Positions 1 through 11,859 of a DNA stretch of 64,000 nt are shown piece after piece. Under the pieces are notes generated by a model. That model made no database searches. It was not told the DNA's origin and was given only the letters and a program-made list of their open reading frames with translations. The position numbers were made by a program, and so were the translations under genes. Position 1 is the stretch's first letter, and every line of letters starts with the position of its first letter. The DNA comes from Mobula hypostoma (taxonomy: Eukaryota): the NCBI RefSeq assembly GCF_963921235.1, contig NC_086108.1:42596001-42660000 (forward strand), read 5' to 3'.

Positions 1-313
1 AGTACTCTTCTGTGAAGTACTTGTTGTGTTATCCTGCCTTGCCCTTTTCAGTATCCTTCAGATGATTGACAATGTCATCCTTTCTGACTATGTAAAGTAC
101 CTCAGTTATGCATTACAGTCCAGCTCCATTACATTACCCTCAACTTTACTCCTTATTTTATCTCTGCCAACAACGGTCTCTTAACATGTGGTTACCTTAA
201 GAATGCACTCAAGTTGTCATTGAGATTTTCCTTATTTACATCATCACTGCCTCTGACTCTACTTACCTGTGGGTGCCAGAACATCACTGCCTTAGATAAT
301 GTTTAATATATTT

Positions 314-2495
314 TTAGATTATGAGAACACTCAGTCCTTGTTTATTGTCATTTAGAAATGCATGCATTAAGAAATGATACAATGTGCAAAGGATGTATTA
401 GTGATAATTTTTCAAAACTCGTTAGATTCTGGACTAGTTCCTGAGGATTGGAGGGTGGCTAATGTAACCCCAATTTTTAAAAAAGGAGGGAGAGAGAAAC
501 CGGGGAATTATAGACCGGTTAGCCTAACGTCGGTGGTGGGGAAACTGCTGGAGTCAGTTATCAAGGATGTGATAACAGCACATTTGGAAAGCGGAGAAAT
601 GATCGGACAAAGTCAGCATGGATTTGTGAAAGGAAAATCATGTCTGACGAATCTCATAGAATTTTTTGAGGATGTAACTAGTAGAGTGGATAGGGGAGAA
701 CCAGTGGATGTGGTATATTTGGATTTTCAAAAGGCTTTTGACAAGGTCCCACACAGGAGATTAGTGTGCAAACTTAAAGCACACGGTATTGGGGGTAAGG
801 TATTGGTGTGGGTGGAGAATTGGTTAGCAGACAGAAAGCAAAGAGTGGGAATAAACGGGACCTTTTCAGAATGGCAGGCGGTGACTAGTGGGGTACCGCA
901 AGGCTCAGTGCTGGGACCCCAGTTGTTTACAATATATATTAATGACTTGGATGAGGGAATTAAATGCAGCATCTCCAAGTTTGCGGATGACACGAAGCTG
1001 GACGGCAGTGTTAGCAGTGAGGAGGATGCTAAGAGGATGCAGGGTGACTTGGATAGGTTGGGTGAGTGGGCAAACTCATGGCAGATGCAATTTAATGTGG
1101 ATAAATGTGAAGTTATCCACTTTGGTGGCAAAAATAGGAAAACAGATTATTATCTGAATGGTGGCCGATTAGGAAAAGGGGAGGTGCAACGAGACCTGGG
1201 TGTCATTGTACACCAGTCATTGAAAGTGGGCATGCGGGTATAGCAGGCGGTGAAAAAAGTGAATGGTATGCTGGCATTCATAGCGAGAGGATTCGAGTAC
1301 AGGAGCAGGGAGGTACTACTGCAGTTGTACAAGGCCTTGGTGAGACCACACCTGGAGTATTGTGTGCAGTTTTGGTCCCCTAATCTGAGGAAAGTCATCC
1401 TTGCCATAGAGGGAGTACAAAGAAGGTTCACCAGATTGATTCCTGGGATGGCAGGACTTTCATATGAAGAAAGACTGGATGAACTGGGCTTGTACTCGTT
1501 GGAATTTAGAAGATTGAGGGGGGATCTGATTGAAACGTATAAGATCCTAAAGGGATTGGACAGGCTAGATGCAGGAAGATTGTTCCCGATGTTGGGGAAG
1601 TCCAGAACGAGGGGTCACAGTTTGAGGATAGAGGGGAAACCTTTTAGGACCGAGATTAGGAAAAACTTCTTCACACAGAGAGTGGTGAATCTGTGGAATT
1701 CTCTGCCACAGCAAACTGTTGAGGCCAGTTCATTGGCTATGTTTAAGAGGGAGTTAGATATGGCCCTTGTGGCTACAGGGGTCAGGGGGTATGGAGGGAA
1801 GGCTGGGGTGGGGTTCTGAGTTGGATGATCAGCCATGATCATAATAAATGGCGGTGCAGGCTCGAAGGGCCGAATGGCCTACTCCTGCACCTATTTTCTA
1901 TGTTTCTATGTTTCTATGTTCCTCCAGAGTAATATCACAGAAAAACAGCACAAACCAAAGACTAAAACTGACAGAACCACATAATTATAACATATAGTTA
2001 CAGCAGTGCAAAGCAATACCATAATTTGATAAAGAACAGACCATGGGCACGGTAAAAAAAAGTCTCAAAGTCCTCAGTCGATTGACTCCTGAGTCCCTGA
2101 TAGCAGGTGCCAAAGGGAGAAACTCCCTGCCATAAACCTCCACGCACCGACAACTGCCGATGCATTGGAAGCACCCGACTACAGTCCGTCCGAAAACTTC
2201 GAACCTCTGACCAGCCCCTCCGATACAGCCTCCCGAGCATCTTCGACCTTGCCCGGCTGTCGAAACAAGCAAAGCTGAGGATTCGGGGCCTTCTTGTCCG
2301 GAGATTCCGGACCACACAGTAACAGCAGCAGCGAAGCGGGCATTTCAGAAGTTTCTCCAGATGTTCCTTCGTACTCTCACATTTGTCTCCATCAAATCAG
2401 AATTATGTACGGTCCCCTACTTGACAAATAACAGACATCACCACCGAAGTGGCCATGCGCACCGCGTTGCGCCGCCATCTTCTCCTCCTCCTGCT
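314..2495 (-). mobile_element. Non-autonomous ~650-bp retroposon (Rex1/Babar-like ends), split by the CR1
   Basis: Minus strand starts GGAGAAGATGGCGGCG and ends AAATGACAATAAA...(TAATC) tail; other copies at 3591-4255 and 5577-6222. Confidence 0.7.
386..1915 (+). mobile_element. CR1 LINE, 5'-truncated, young (RT domain + 3' UTR)
   Basis: [31 protein letters not shown] motifs; one in-frame TAG at 1241-1243; (tttctatg)n tail; ATGT duplicated at 382-385 and 1916-1919; absent from copy B. Confidence 0.97.
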
Positions 2496-2774
2496 CCTTA
2501 TTTAAAATAATAAATAGCTATAGGAACCCTCTTTGGAATTACCACCAAGTTCAAGAGACCTATGTTCAGTTCTGACCTACAGAAAGTTTGCACTTTCTCC
2601 CTGTGGGGTGGTTGTCCTCTGGGTGTTCCAGTTTCCTCCCACATCCCAAAGACTTGTGGGTTAGTAGGTTCATTGGCCACTTTAAATTGCCTTCAGTGTA
2701 TACATGAGTGATAGAATATGGAGAGAAATAAGATGGGATTAATGTAGGATTGGTGTAACTAGGTATTGATGGTT

Positions 2775-2810
2775 AGTCCTGACGAAGGGTCTCGGCCTGA
2801 AACGTCGACT
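2775..2810 (+). ncRNA. Minimal type I hammerhead ribozyme motif
   Basis: AGTC-CTGACGA-A-GGG tctcgg CCT-GAA-ACGT-C-GACT: conserved core boxes, stem I AGTC/GACT, stem II, palindromic ACGT in place of stem III. Confidence 0.8.
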
Positions 2811-2872
2811 GCGCCTCTTCCTATAGATGCTGCTTGGCCTGCTGCGTTCACCAGCAACTTTGATGTATGTTG
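2775..2872 (+). mobile_element. 98-bp PLE terminal-repeat insert containing a hammerhead motif
   Basis: 10-bp TSD attgatggtt (2765-2774 and 2873-2882); empty site at ~6494-6503. Confidence 0.9.
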
Positions 2873-3094
2873 ATTGATGGTTGGTGTAGTCTTCATTAGC
2901 TGAAGGGCCTGCTTCCACTCTGCATGATTCCTTTTGATTCTAAGCTGCAATAAATGAACTAAATTTTATACGAAAACTAAAATAATAAAAGAACATTTTT
3001 ATAATCTCTGTGAAAAAATGTGTATTGAAAATAAATCTTAAAGGTGTTCTGTGGTGAAGAAATCTATGGAAGACTGCGTGGTTGACGATTACCT

Positions 3095-3405
3095 TTATTT
3101 GTCACATGTACATCAAAACCTCGAAATATCCAGTGAATGGCATCATTTGCACCAACAACAAATACAATCCAAGGATATGCTGGCGGCAGCCCGCAAGATC
3201 GCCATCCTTCCGACATCAACGGAGTGTGCCCTCAACTTACTAACCCTCGCCATATGTCTTTAGTTTGTGGGAGGAAACTGGAGTACCAGAAAAAACCCAC
3301 GTGGTCACGGGGAGAACGTAAAACTCCTTACAGGCAGTTTCTGTAATTGAACCTGGGCAGTGTAATAACATTACATTAGCCTCTACTGTACACTAACATG
3401 CTGCC
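3095..3405 (-). mobile_element. V-SINE-like element with adjacent repeat tail
   Basis: tgtgggaggaaactggagtacc...acccacgtggtcacggggagaacgtaaaactcc is the reverse complement of the V-domain core. Confidence 0.6.
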
Positions 3406-3590
3406 CCAGAAACAACAATAAGATTTTCTACCTTCTACTAAACTGAGCAGTATCTACACAAAGTGACAGAACACACAGAAAATGACACTGCGATAAAACT
3501 TTATTTTTAATTACATGATAAACATTCAGGACTAAGACCTCTTTTTAGGTGTTTTGTAATTATTAAATAATTTGGTAACATTTTCTTTTG

Positions 3591-4255
3591 TTAGATTAGA
3601 TTATGAGGACATGCAGTCCTCTTTTATTGTCATTTAGTAATGCATGCATTAAGAAATGATACAATGTTCCTCCAATATGATATCACAGAAACACAAGACA
3701 AATCCAGACTGAAAAACTGACAAAAACACATAATTATAACATATAGTTACAACAGTGCAAAGCAATAATGTAATTTGGTAAAGAGCAGATCATGGGCACA
3801 GTAAAAAAAAAGTCTCAAAGTCTCTCGAAGGTCCCATCATCTCAAGCAGATGGTAGAAGGGAGAAACTCTCCCTGCCATGAAGCTCCAGTGCCGCAAACT
3901 TGCCGATGCAGCACCCTGGAAGCACCCGACCACAGCCGACTCTTGAGTCCGTCCGAAAACTTCGAGCCTCCAACCAGCCCTCCGACACTGAGCACCATCT
4001 CTGCCAAGTGCTTTGACCCCAGCACCGGCAACAGGCAATAGGCAAAGCTGAGGATTTGGAGCCTTCCCCTCCAGAGATTCTGGATCGCACCCTAGCAGCA
4101 GCAGTGAAGCGAGCATTTCAGAAGTTTCTCCAGATGTTCCTCTATGCTTCTCACGTCTGTCTCCATCAAATCAGGATTGTGCACAGTATCTACTTACCAA
4201 TACCGATATCATTTCGGAGCGGCCGCGGGCGCTGCATTGCGCCACCATCTTCTCC
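3591..4255 (-). mobile_element. Non-autonomous retroposon, diverged subfamily of 5577-6222
   Basis: Same head and (TAATC)n tail, homologous body, no coding capacity. Confidence 0.7.
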
Positions 4256-4458
4256 CCTCCCCTTTAATGTTAATATATTAATAGCTGGTTTGTTCTATAG
4301 ATTTGTCTTTGTAGATTTAAGACTCATTTGGAATAAACAATATTGGTAAGGTTATTATTAGTATCTAGATTAATTTTTGTGTCATAAATTACACCAGGTC
4401 AATCTTGATTTGAGAGGCTTTATATGCAAAAGTTACCTGCCTAGTCAAGTTATATAAT

Positions 4459-4676
4459 AGAAACATAGAAAATAGGTGCAGGAGTAGGCCATTCGGCCCT
4501 TCGAGCCTGCACCGCTATTTATTATGATCATGGCTGATCATCCAACTCAGAACCCCGCCCCAGCCTTCCCTCCATACCCCCGATCCCCGTAGCCACAAGG
4601 GCCATATCTAACTCCCTCTTAAATATAGCCAATGAACTGGCCTCAACTGTTTCCTGTGGTAGAGAATTCCACAGAT
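4459..4676 (-). mobile_element. CR1 3' end, same young family as 386-1915
   Basis: Near-perfect reverse complement of ~1690-1910. Confidence 0.9.
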
Positions 4677-5264
4677 AATGGAGGATTCAGCATGAAGGAT
4701 TGGAATATCCTGTTAGAGAACCTGAGGAACATGCTTCCCTCTAAGTTACTTCCACATGACTTAAAGATGAAAGGTGAGAGGTTTAGGAGGAACATGAAGA
4801 GAAACTTCTTCACTCAGAGGGTCATGAGAGTGTAGAGCGAGTTGCCAGCACAAATGATCCATGCAAGCTTGACTTGAATGTTTAAGAAAAGTTTGGATAG
4901 ATACATGGATAGTAGGGATATTGTGGGCTATGGTCCAGGTGCAAGTCATTGGGAGTAGGCAGTTTAAATGGTTAGGACCAACCTGACATAGCTTTGGACA
5001 AAACTGTCAAAAAATGATTATTAGCCATCATTGCCAATAATGAGGAAGTCAATCTAAATGTGACTGTGCAAGTTAGTACTATTAACCATTCTTAATAAGG
5101 GAAAGCTCACGTTTGGCCTCCATGGCACAATGAAAGTATTTTTCTATCAAAAGTCATGTTATATGTGATTAACACAGCTCAATTCCCACCTTTCTCATCA
5201 TTTCTGTTCAAATCCCTTTAATTGGATTTCTGCCCTCTCCTTTGCACAAAGGATGCCCAGTTCA

Positions 5265-6590
5265 GCACTCTTCTGTGAAGTACTTGTTGTGTTATCCTGC
5301 CTTGCCCTTTTCAGTATCCTTCAGATGATTGACAATGTCATCCTTTCTGACTATGTAAATTATCTCAATTATGCATTACAGTCCAGCTCCATTACATTAC
5401 CCTCAACTTTACTCCTTATTTTATCTCTGCCAACAACGGTCTCTTAACATGTGGTTACCTTAAGAATGCACTCAAGTTGTCATTGAGATTTTCCTTATTT
5501 ACATCATCACTGCCTCTGACTCTACTTACCTGTGGGTGCCAGAACATCACTGCCTTAGATAATGTTTAATATATTTTTAGATTATGAGAACACTCAGTCC
5601 TTGTTTATTGTCATTTAGAAATGCATGCATTAAGAAATGATACAATGTTCCTCCAGAGTAATATCACAGAAAAACAGCACAAACCAAAGACTAAAACTGA
5701 CAGAACCACATAATTGTAACATATAGTTACAGCAGTGCAAAGCAATACCATAATTTGATAAAGAACAGACCATGGGCACGGTAAAAAAAAGTCTCAAAGT
5801 CCTCAGTCGATTGACTCCTGAGTCCCTGATAGCAGGTGGCAAAGGGAGAAACTCCCTGCCATAAACCTCCACGCACCGACAACTGCCAATGTATTGGAAG
5901 CACCCGACCACAGTCCGTCCGAAAACTTCGAGCCTCTGACCAGCCCCTCCGATACAGCCTCCCGAGCATCTTCGACCTTGCCCGGCTGTCGAAACAAGCA
6001 AAGCTGAGGATTCGGGGTCTTCTTGTCCGGAGATTCCGGACCACACAGTAACAGCAGCAGTGAAGCGGGCATTTCAGAAGTTTCTCCAGATGTTCCTCCA
6101 TACTCTCACATCTGTCTCCATCAAATCAGAATTATGCACGGTCCCCGACTTGACAAATAACAGACATCACCACCGAAGTGGCCGTGCGCGCTGCGTCGCG
6201 CCGCCATCTTCTCCTCCTCCTGCTCCTTATTTAAAATAGTAAATAGCTATAGGAACCCTCTTTGGAATTACCACCAAGTTCAAGAGACCTATGTTCAGTT
6301 CTGACCTACAGAAAGTTTGCACTTTCTCCCTGTGGGGTGGTTGTCCTCTGGGTGTTCCAGTTTCCTCCCACATCCCAAAGACTTGTGGGTTAGTAGGTTC
6401 ATTGGCCACTTTAAATTGCCTTCAGTGTATACATGAGTGATAGAATATGGAGAGAAATAAAATGGGGTTAATGTAGGATTGGCGTAACTAGGTATTGATG
6501 GTTGGTGTAGTCTTTATTAACTGAAGGGCCTGCTTCCGCTCTGCATGATTCCTTTTGATTCTAAGCTGCAATAAATGAACTAAATTTTAT
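5265..6590 (+). repeat. Segmental duplication copy B (empty-site copy)
   Basis: agcactcttctgtgaag...taaattttat matches 1-2969. Confidence 0.95.
5577..6222 (-). mobile_element. Non-autonomous retroposon, uninterrupted copy
   Basis: As above; lies within duplication copy B. Confidence 0.7.
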
Positions 6591-7424
6591 GCGGTGTCTT
6601 AACTATACAAGTACTCAACACGAAATTCCAAAGATTATCCACATTTCTATGTTTAGAAATATCTTCAAATCACCTTCCTGAATGGTTACCCCTTTATTTT
6701 GAAAATAAACACCATAGTCAAGACACATAGCAAACTTGCATTGCCCTTTCAAGCCCAAAACAATCGTATACAATTAAAAGAGATCACCTTTCATTCTTCT
6801 AAATTCAATCTGCTTGATTTCTCCTTGTAGGACAACTCGTAACTATTGCAGGAAATGTTTGGTGCATGCTATAATTTATATCGTTTCTTATTCTGGGAGA
6901 CGGAACTGCACAATCTATTACAGATGCAATCTCACCAGGGATTTATACAGCGTCTTCTATTCAAATCTTCTTGTAATATAGGCCAGTATACTATTTCCCT
7001 TCATAATTGTTTCTCATGCATGCTTATTAACTTTAAGTGATCCCTTTACAAGAAAACTTGGGGCCCTCTGAAACAAATACCTTTCAATCTCTCATTTTTC
7101 AAAAATATACATACATCACCTTCCTATGTTTTTCTACAAAAGTAGATGACCTTGCATCTTTTCATATTATATTTCATTTACTGTGTGCTTGGTCATTCAT
7201 TCATTTCTCCATAAAACTACCTAACTTTAATCCTCTCATCTAAATCAGTGATATAAATTGTAACTGGTTAGGTCACTGCACTGGTCCTGACAGCACCCTA
7301 CTAATTCAGCCTCCCAACTCAAAAAATTTAGTCCTATTCTTTCTTTTCTACCCATCTGTGAACAGTGAAGAAGGTAACTCTAAATCTAACCATACAAATT
7401 AGCATTATCAGCTTCTTTAGTAAC

Positions 7425-7853
7425 AGATCCTTCTCCGTGGATTGTCACCTTGTCGCGGTGGAGAAGCTTGTGTGGTCCTGTGATCCAGAGAGCAATGCCG
7501 TCTGGAGCTATGCTCCTGGTAGGGTCACCCATGGCGGTAAGGTCGAGAGTGAGGTCCCTGACAAAGAACCATCCAACCAAGACCTCAACGGCGGAACACG
7601 CGAATGAAGTTATTTCGAACTCAACGGCTGTGAAGGCGGATGAAGGCTGCAACAAATCCATCAGCTCCAGTCGTTGTGGTTTCCATGCCATTGGAATCAG
7701 TTGGTTGATTTGTGAAGTATCGTGTGCTTCTTGGAGTGCAACATCAAGTACACGTTAAACAAATACACACACAGGCGTCTTCACTTTGTGAGCCACTTCT
7801 TCAGAACGAAGACCATCATCCTCAACCTCGAGGGATAGCCACGACGACGACGA
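7425..7853 (+). mobile_element. Short non-autonomous RTE-clade derivative (5' UTR fused to 3' end)
   Basis: tgtcaccttgtcgcggtgga...ctggtagggtcacccatggc...gacaaag resembles RTE (Rex3/BovB-type) 5' UTRs; (ACG)n tail at 7841-7853. Confidence 0.6.
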
Positions 7854-9689
7854 GTGATAGACACCACCACATTACCACCAATAAATATCACGTGCTCTCA
7901 TTTAATATCAGTGGAACTTTTCCGGCTCCTGTCTTTATCCTATTCTCTACTCTTCTAAAATGTAAATATTGTGGCATATTTAACTTCCAAACTTTCTCAC
8001 ATTACACCTGACCATGAATACCTGATCTGTGTGCCTTATCCAGCATTTTAAGGATATTTTGCTGTTGCTGCATATTAATACCCAATGGAGGAAGTAGGCA
8101 ATTGTTGACTCTTGTGCAGTTACACTCAGTAGCCACTTTATTAGGTGTTTTTCTACAGTATCCCATAGCCAGCGCAGTGGGGATTGGGTTAAATAGGATA
8201 TTTTTGAGCCGGGGATTGGGCTAAAGTGCAACCTATTGGACTGTGTTGTTCGATGATAATACATTTATCAGAAGTTGTCATAAACTGATGCTAAACTTTT
8301 GTCAGAATATTACAGAAGAGAGAGATTTAAATTTCCATTCACACAATGGAGACATGAGATTGCAAATGCTTGAATCTGGAGCAACACACAATCTGCTTGA
8401 AGAACTCAGCAGGTTGAGCAGCATCAGTGTGCTGAAAGAAACTGTTGATGTTTCAAGTTGAAACCCAGCCCTAGGTAATTAGAATCAGAATCAGGTGAAA
8501 TTTATTATTATGTGGCAGCAGTACATTGCGATATATAATAAAAAGAACATGAATTACAGTACACACATTAAACAGTTAAATTAAGTGGGGTTCAGTGTCC
8601 GTTCAGAAATCTGATGGCAGAGGCGAAGAAGCTTCCCTGAATCACTGAGCAATTTTGTTCCTCCCACTGATATAGCTCGATCTGCTGAGTTCTTCCAGCA
8701 GATTGTGTGTTGTCCCATTCACATAGTTTGAAGAAAAAAATGCACTGCGATTATAGAGTCTGAGCAGTAGATGGTGCAGCAATTCTGCTAACATTATCCA
8801 ATTCAGGGATATCTGTTAGGTCTTTCGTTTGTTAAGCATGTAAACTTTAGAATGGGTTTAATTAAAAATAATGTTGAGGATAATGGCACCATCACTTTAA
8901 AGACACAAGAAAATGCAAGAATCCTTCAGATTTCAAAATTAGCTTGAACCAAATTATATTTATTATTTTATACAAGAATGGTATCAAAATTCAAACTTAT
9001 TAAGTTACTGATATTCCCATCCCAGTCTTCAGAAACTTTTGTAACCCAGTTGGCTTGACTTCCAACATTAGTTTGCAATGAATAAACATAATGCTACCTG
9101 TAACTCTATTCAAGTACTTTTCCAGTCAAATCAAGACAATAATTTTTTTGTACTTTAACATCTTTTAATACTTATCAGGTTTCTCTAATCTTTTATGTGT
9201 CCATCATAAAATGAATGCAGTTATTCATGGGACTAATAACTCTATTGCTAATAGAATGTACAATGACCCATCCCACTTGCGCAATGAATTCAAAGACAAC
9301 TAGGCCAGAAGAAGATTCCAATTATCACCTCTCATCTCTGATATTGCATCTCCAAGCCAACAACATGCTTTGGACACTTGAACAACATAAGTGTTCAAGA
9401 AGAGATCCATTTTACAGTGTCATTGCACATTGTGGGTCACATACCTTTATTTTTAAAGAGTGAAAAGAAAAGGACGGTGTAAATGATTATATTAGAAGTA
9501 CATGAGGTGATTTATCATGCAGCTTGTATAGTGTAAAAATTAATTACAGAGCCATCCAAGCTGCTCCCAGAATCATTTCAATACAGTTGTCAATGTGAAC
9601 AATGGCCCAATAATACCCTTTCATTAAAAAGTAGGACTAAATCTAATCTGGTTAATCACTATGCAATCAGCCTATATCACCAGCAAATT

Positions 9690-10490
9690 GGTGGAAGGTG
9701 CCAATAATGGTGCCTTTGAAGAGTACCCACTCACCAGCTGGTTCACCAACACAGGATCATCCACCTCCATATCTCATAATACAAACATGGACCTAAAAGC
9801 TAAATTCCAGAAGAGAGATGGGAGTCACTGTCCTTGACATGAAGATAACATTTGACCAAGTGTGGCATCAAGGAACCCTGGTAAAATTGAAGTCAATAGT
9901 TATTGAGAGGAAAATATTCCACTGGCTGGAGTCATAACATGCACAGAGGAACAGGGTTGTCTTCTTCAGGATTCCATCTTCTCAGCCTCATGACATCATT
10001 GAAGAGTTCCTCGGGTCAATGTTCGAGGTCCAGCCATTTTTAGCTGCTTCAACAGTGACATTCCTTCCACCACTAGATCAGAAATGGGAATACTTACTGA
10101 TGATCACTCAGAAGTTTTATCTTATTCACATCGACTCAGCAAATGAAGCAGCCCATGGCTGCATGCAGAAAGCCCAAGACAACACTTAGATATGCTGAAA
10201 ATGTTCCTGCTATACAACTGCCAGCCAATGACCATCTCCAGCAAGAGAAAATCTAATCACTGACACTTGAAGTTCAGTATCTTTGCCAAAGTTGCCATTA
10301 TCAAAATCCTGAGAGGGTCACCACTGACCAGTGACTCAACTGGGCCTCTTCTGACCTGCTATATAAAAATATGGCTACACTAGTAGGTCAGGAGTTGGGC
10401 TTCTTGCGATGATTATCTCACCTCTTGACTCTCTCTAAACCTTTGTTTCTACCATATTCAAGGCCAAAGTCAAAAGTATGAAATACTCTG
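9690..10490 (+). mobile_element. Ancient degraded LINE RT fragment (CR1/L2 group)
   Basis: Remnant LDMKITFDQVWHQGTLVKL and a decayed [14 protein letters not shown] segment. Confidence 0.55.
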
Positions 10491-11629
10491 CAAGTAAGTT
10501 TTGCCAATGCAGTATTAAATTAATTAATTAACCACTGAATGAAGGCATATCTAAGACAGTATTTCCTTTCATATTAAAATAACCACCACTAATTTATATG
10601 CAAAAAATGACATTTAAAATTCATATTCTCTCATAGTCACGATCAATCATGAGAGAAAAATTGGGACATGAACCCTGCCTAAATATTCAACCCTTCTTGA
10701 TGTAATTTTAATTCTCAATGTGGTTTGGATTTATTATATGACTGATGTTTCTGCTGAGATTTGCTGGGTTCAGGGCTAACCAGAACGTCTCTGATGATTT
10801 GAGAAAATATACATTTTTAAATTAAAATAACAAATTTGATTCATAAAATATACTTAATTTATAATCACCAATAATCCACTGATTATTTGAAATCCTCATG
10901 GTTTGGCATGTCTAGCAGGTGGCATTTGGCATGTTCTGTTCAAACTCACTAGGACCCTATTTTCTGTACTCCTTTTAAACTCACCAAGGTCCCAGTTCCC
11001 AGACTCTCTTCAAATTCACTAGAGTCCCATATCTTGCACTCCCTTGAAACCTTTGGTTTCACTGTAAAAATTATTATAATACTGTGTAAGATCTTAAAAA
11101 AACAAGTGACTTACAAGTTTGTTGCAGTATTAATAAGGATTGAATAACAGTCCAGAAAATCTGCCAGTCCAGCACCAAAGTCAAAGTTTTACGGCAATTT
11201 TTATTAATGTACACATTTTAAAGTATGTAAAACTAGTGAAACACTTGCCTTTTTAACTGAAGATTTACTATATCATTGAGATAAACAGGACTGTGTTGGA
11301 TTTACCAAACGTGGCTTGTATAATGTTGACGAACTAGGCCCAATGCACACAGTTCCTGGGCTTTTGCAAATAATTCACATTTCCACACTGCAGTCCACAG
11401 GCATGCAAGCCCAAATGCATGTTCTCAGATCTATTTATTTACTATGTTATTATGATGGGTTACTATATTATTATTACGGATTTTTATTTAGTATTTGCAG
11501 TTTGTCTTCTTTTGTATATCGGTTGCTTGTTCAGTCTTTGTGTGTACTTTTTCTTTGTATTTCTTTTTCCTAATGTGAATGTCTTGTTGTTCCTTTTCAC
11601 ACCTAGTGGCCACCATTTCTGTAGCACTT

Positions 11630-11770
11630 GACACTTTTTTTTAATGAGACCAAGTTGCTAGCTCCACGCTCAACTCAGCACAGATGGAAAGTGCTCAAGG
11701 AACCAGCCGGATTTGAACTCGGGACCTTTCACCTCGGTTGGTGCCAATGCCACTACACCATCACCTGGCA
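11630..11770 (-). mobile_element. tRNA-derived SINE
   Basis: Reverse complement has A box TGGTGTAGTGG and B box GTTCAAATCC; homologous to 15647-15820. Confidence 0.75.
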
Positions 11771-11859
11771 CTGTGAGTGCCCACAGGAAAATAAATGTCA
11801 GGGTTCCATATGGCAATATACATACATACTTTGATAATAAATTCAATTTGAACTTTGTA

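Larger units (their letters stand above)
2545..2935 (+). mobile_element. V-SINE/HE1-like SINE (duplicate at ~6275-6560)
   Basis: V-domain-like core agtttgcactttctccctgtg...gtttcctcccacatcccaaagac and CR1-type 3' tail gaagggcctgcttcc. Confidence 0.7.
1..2969 (+). repeat. Segmental duplication copy A (extends past left edge); carries two extra insertions
   Basis: Colinear near-identity with 5265-6590 once 386-1919 and 2775-2882 are removed. Confidence 0.95.

Noticed and set aside
727..1431. Antisense ORFs over CR1 copies (also 19697-20395 and 24670-25200)
   Set aside because: Shadow ORFs of the LINE reading frame.
1985..6101. Repeated 100-140 aa ORFs (e.g. 1985-2317, 3790-4116, 5630-6046) as a small gene family
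   Set aside because: They lie within copies of a non-coding retroposon, are open in several frames, and show no recognisable domain.
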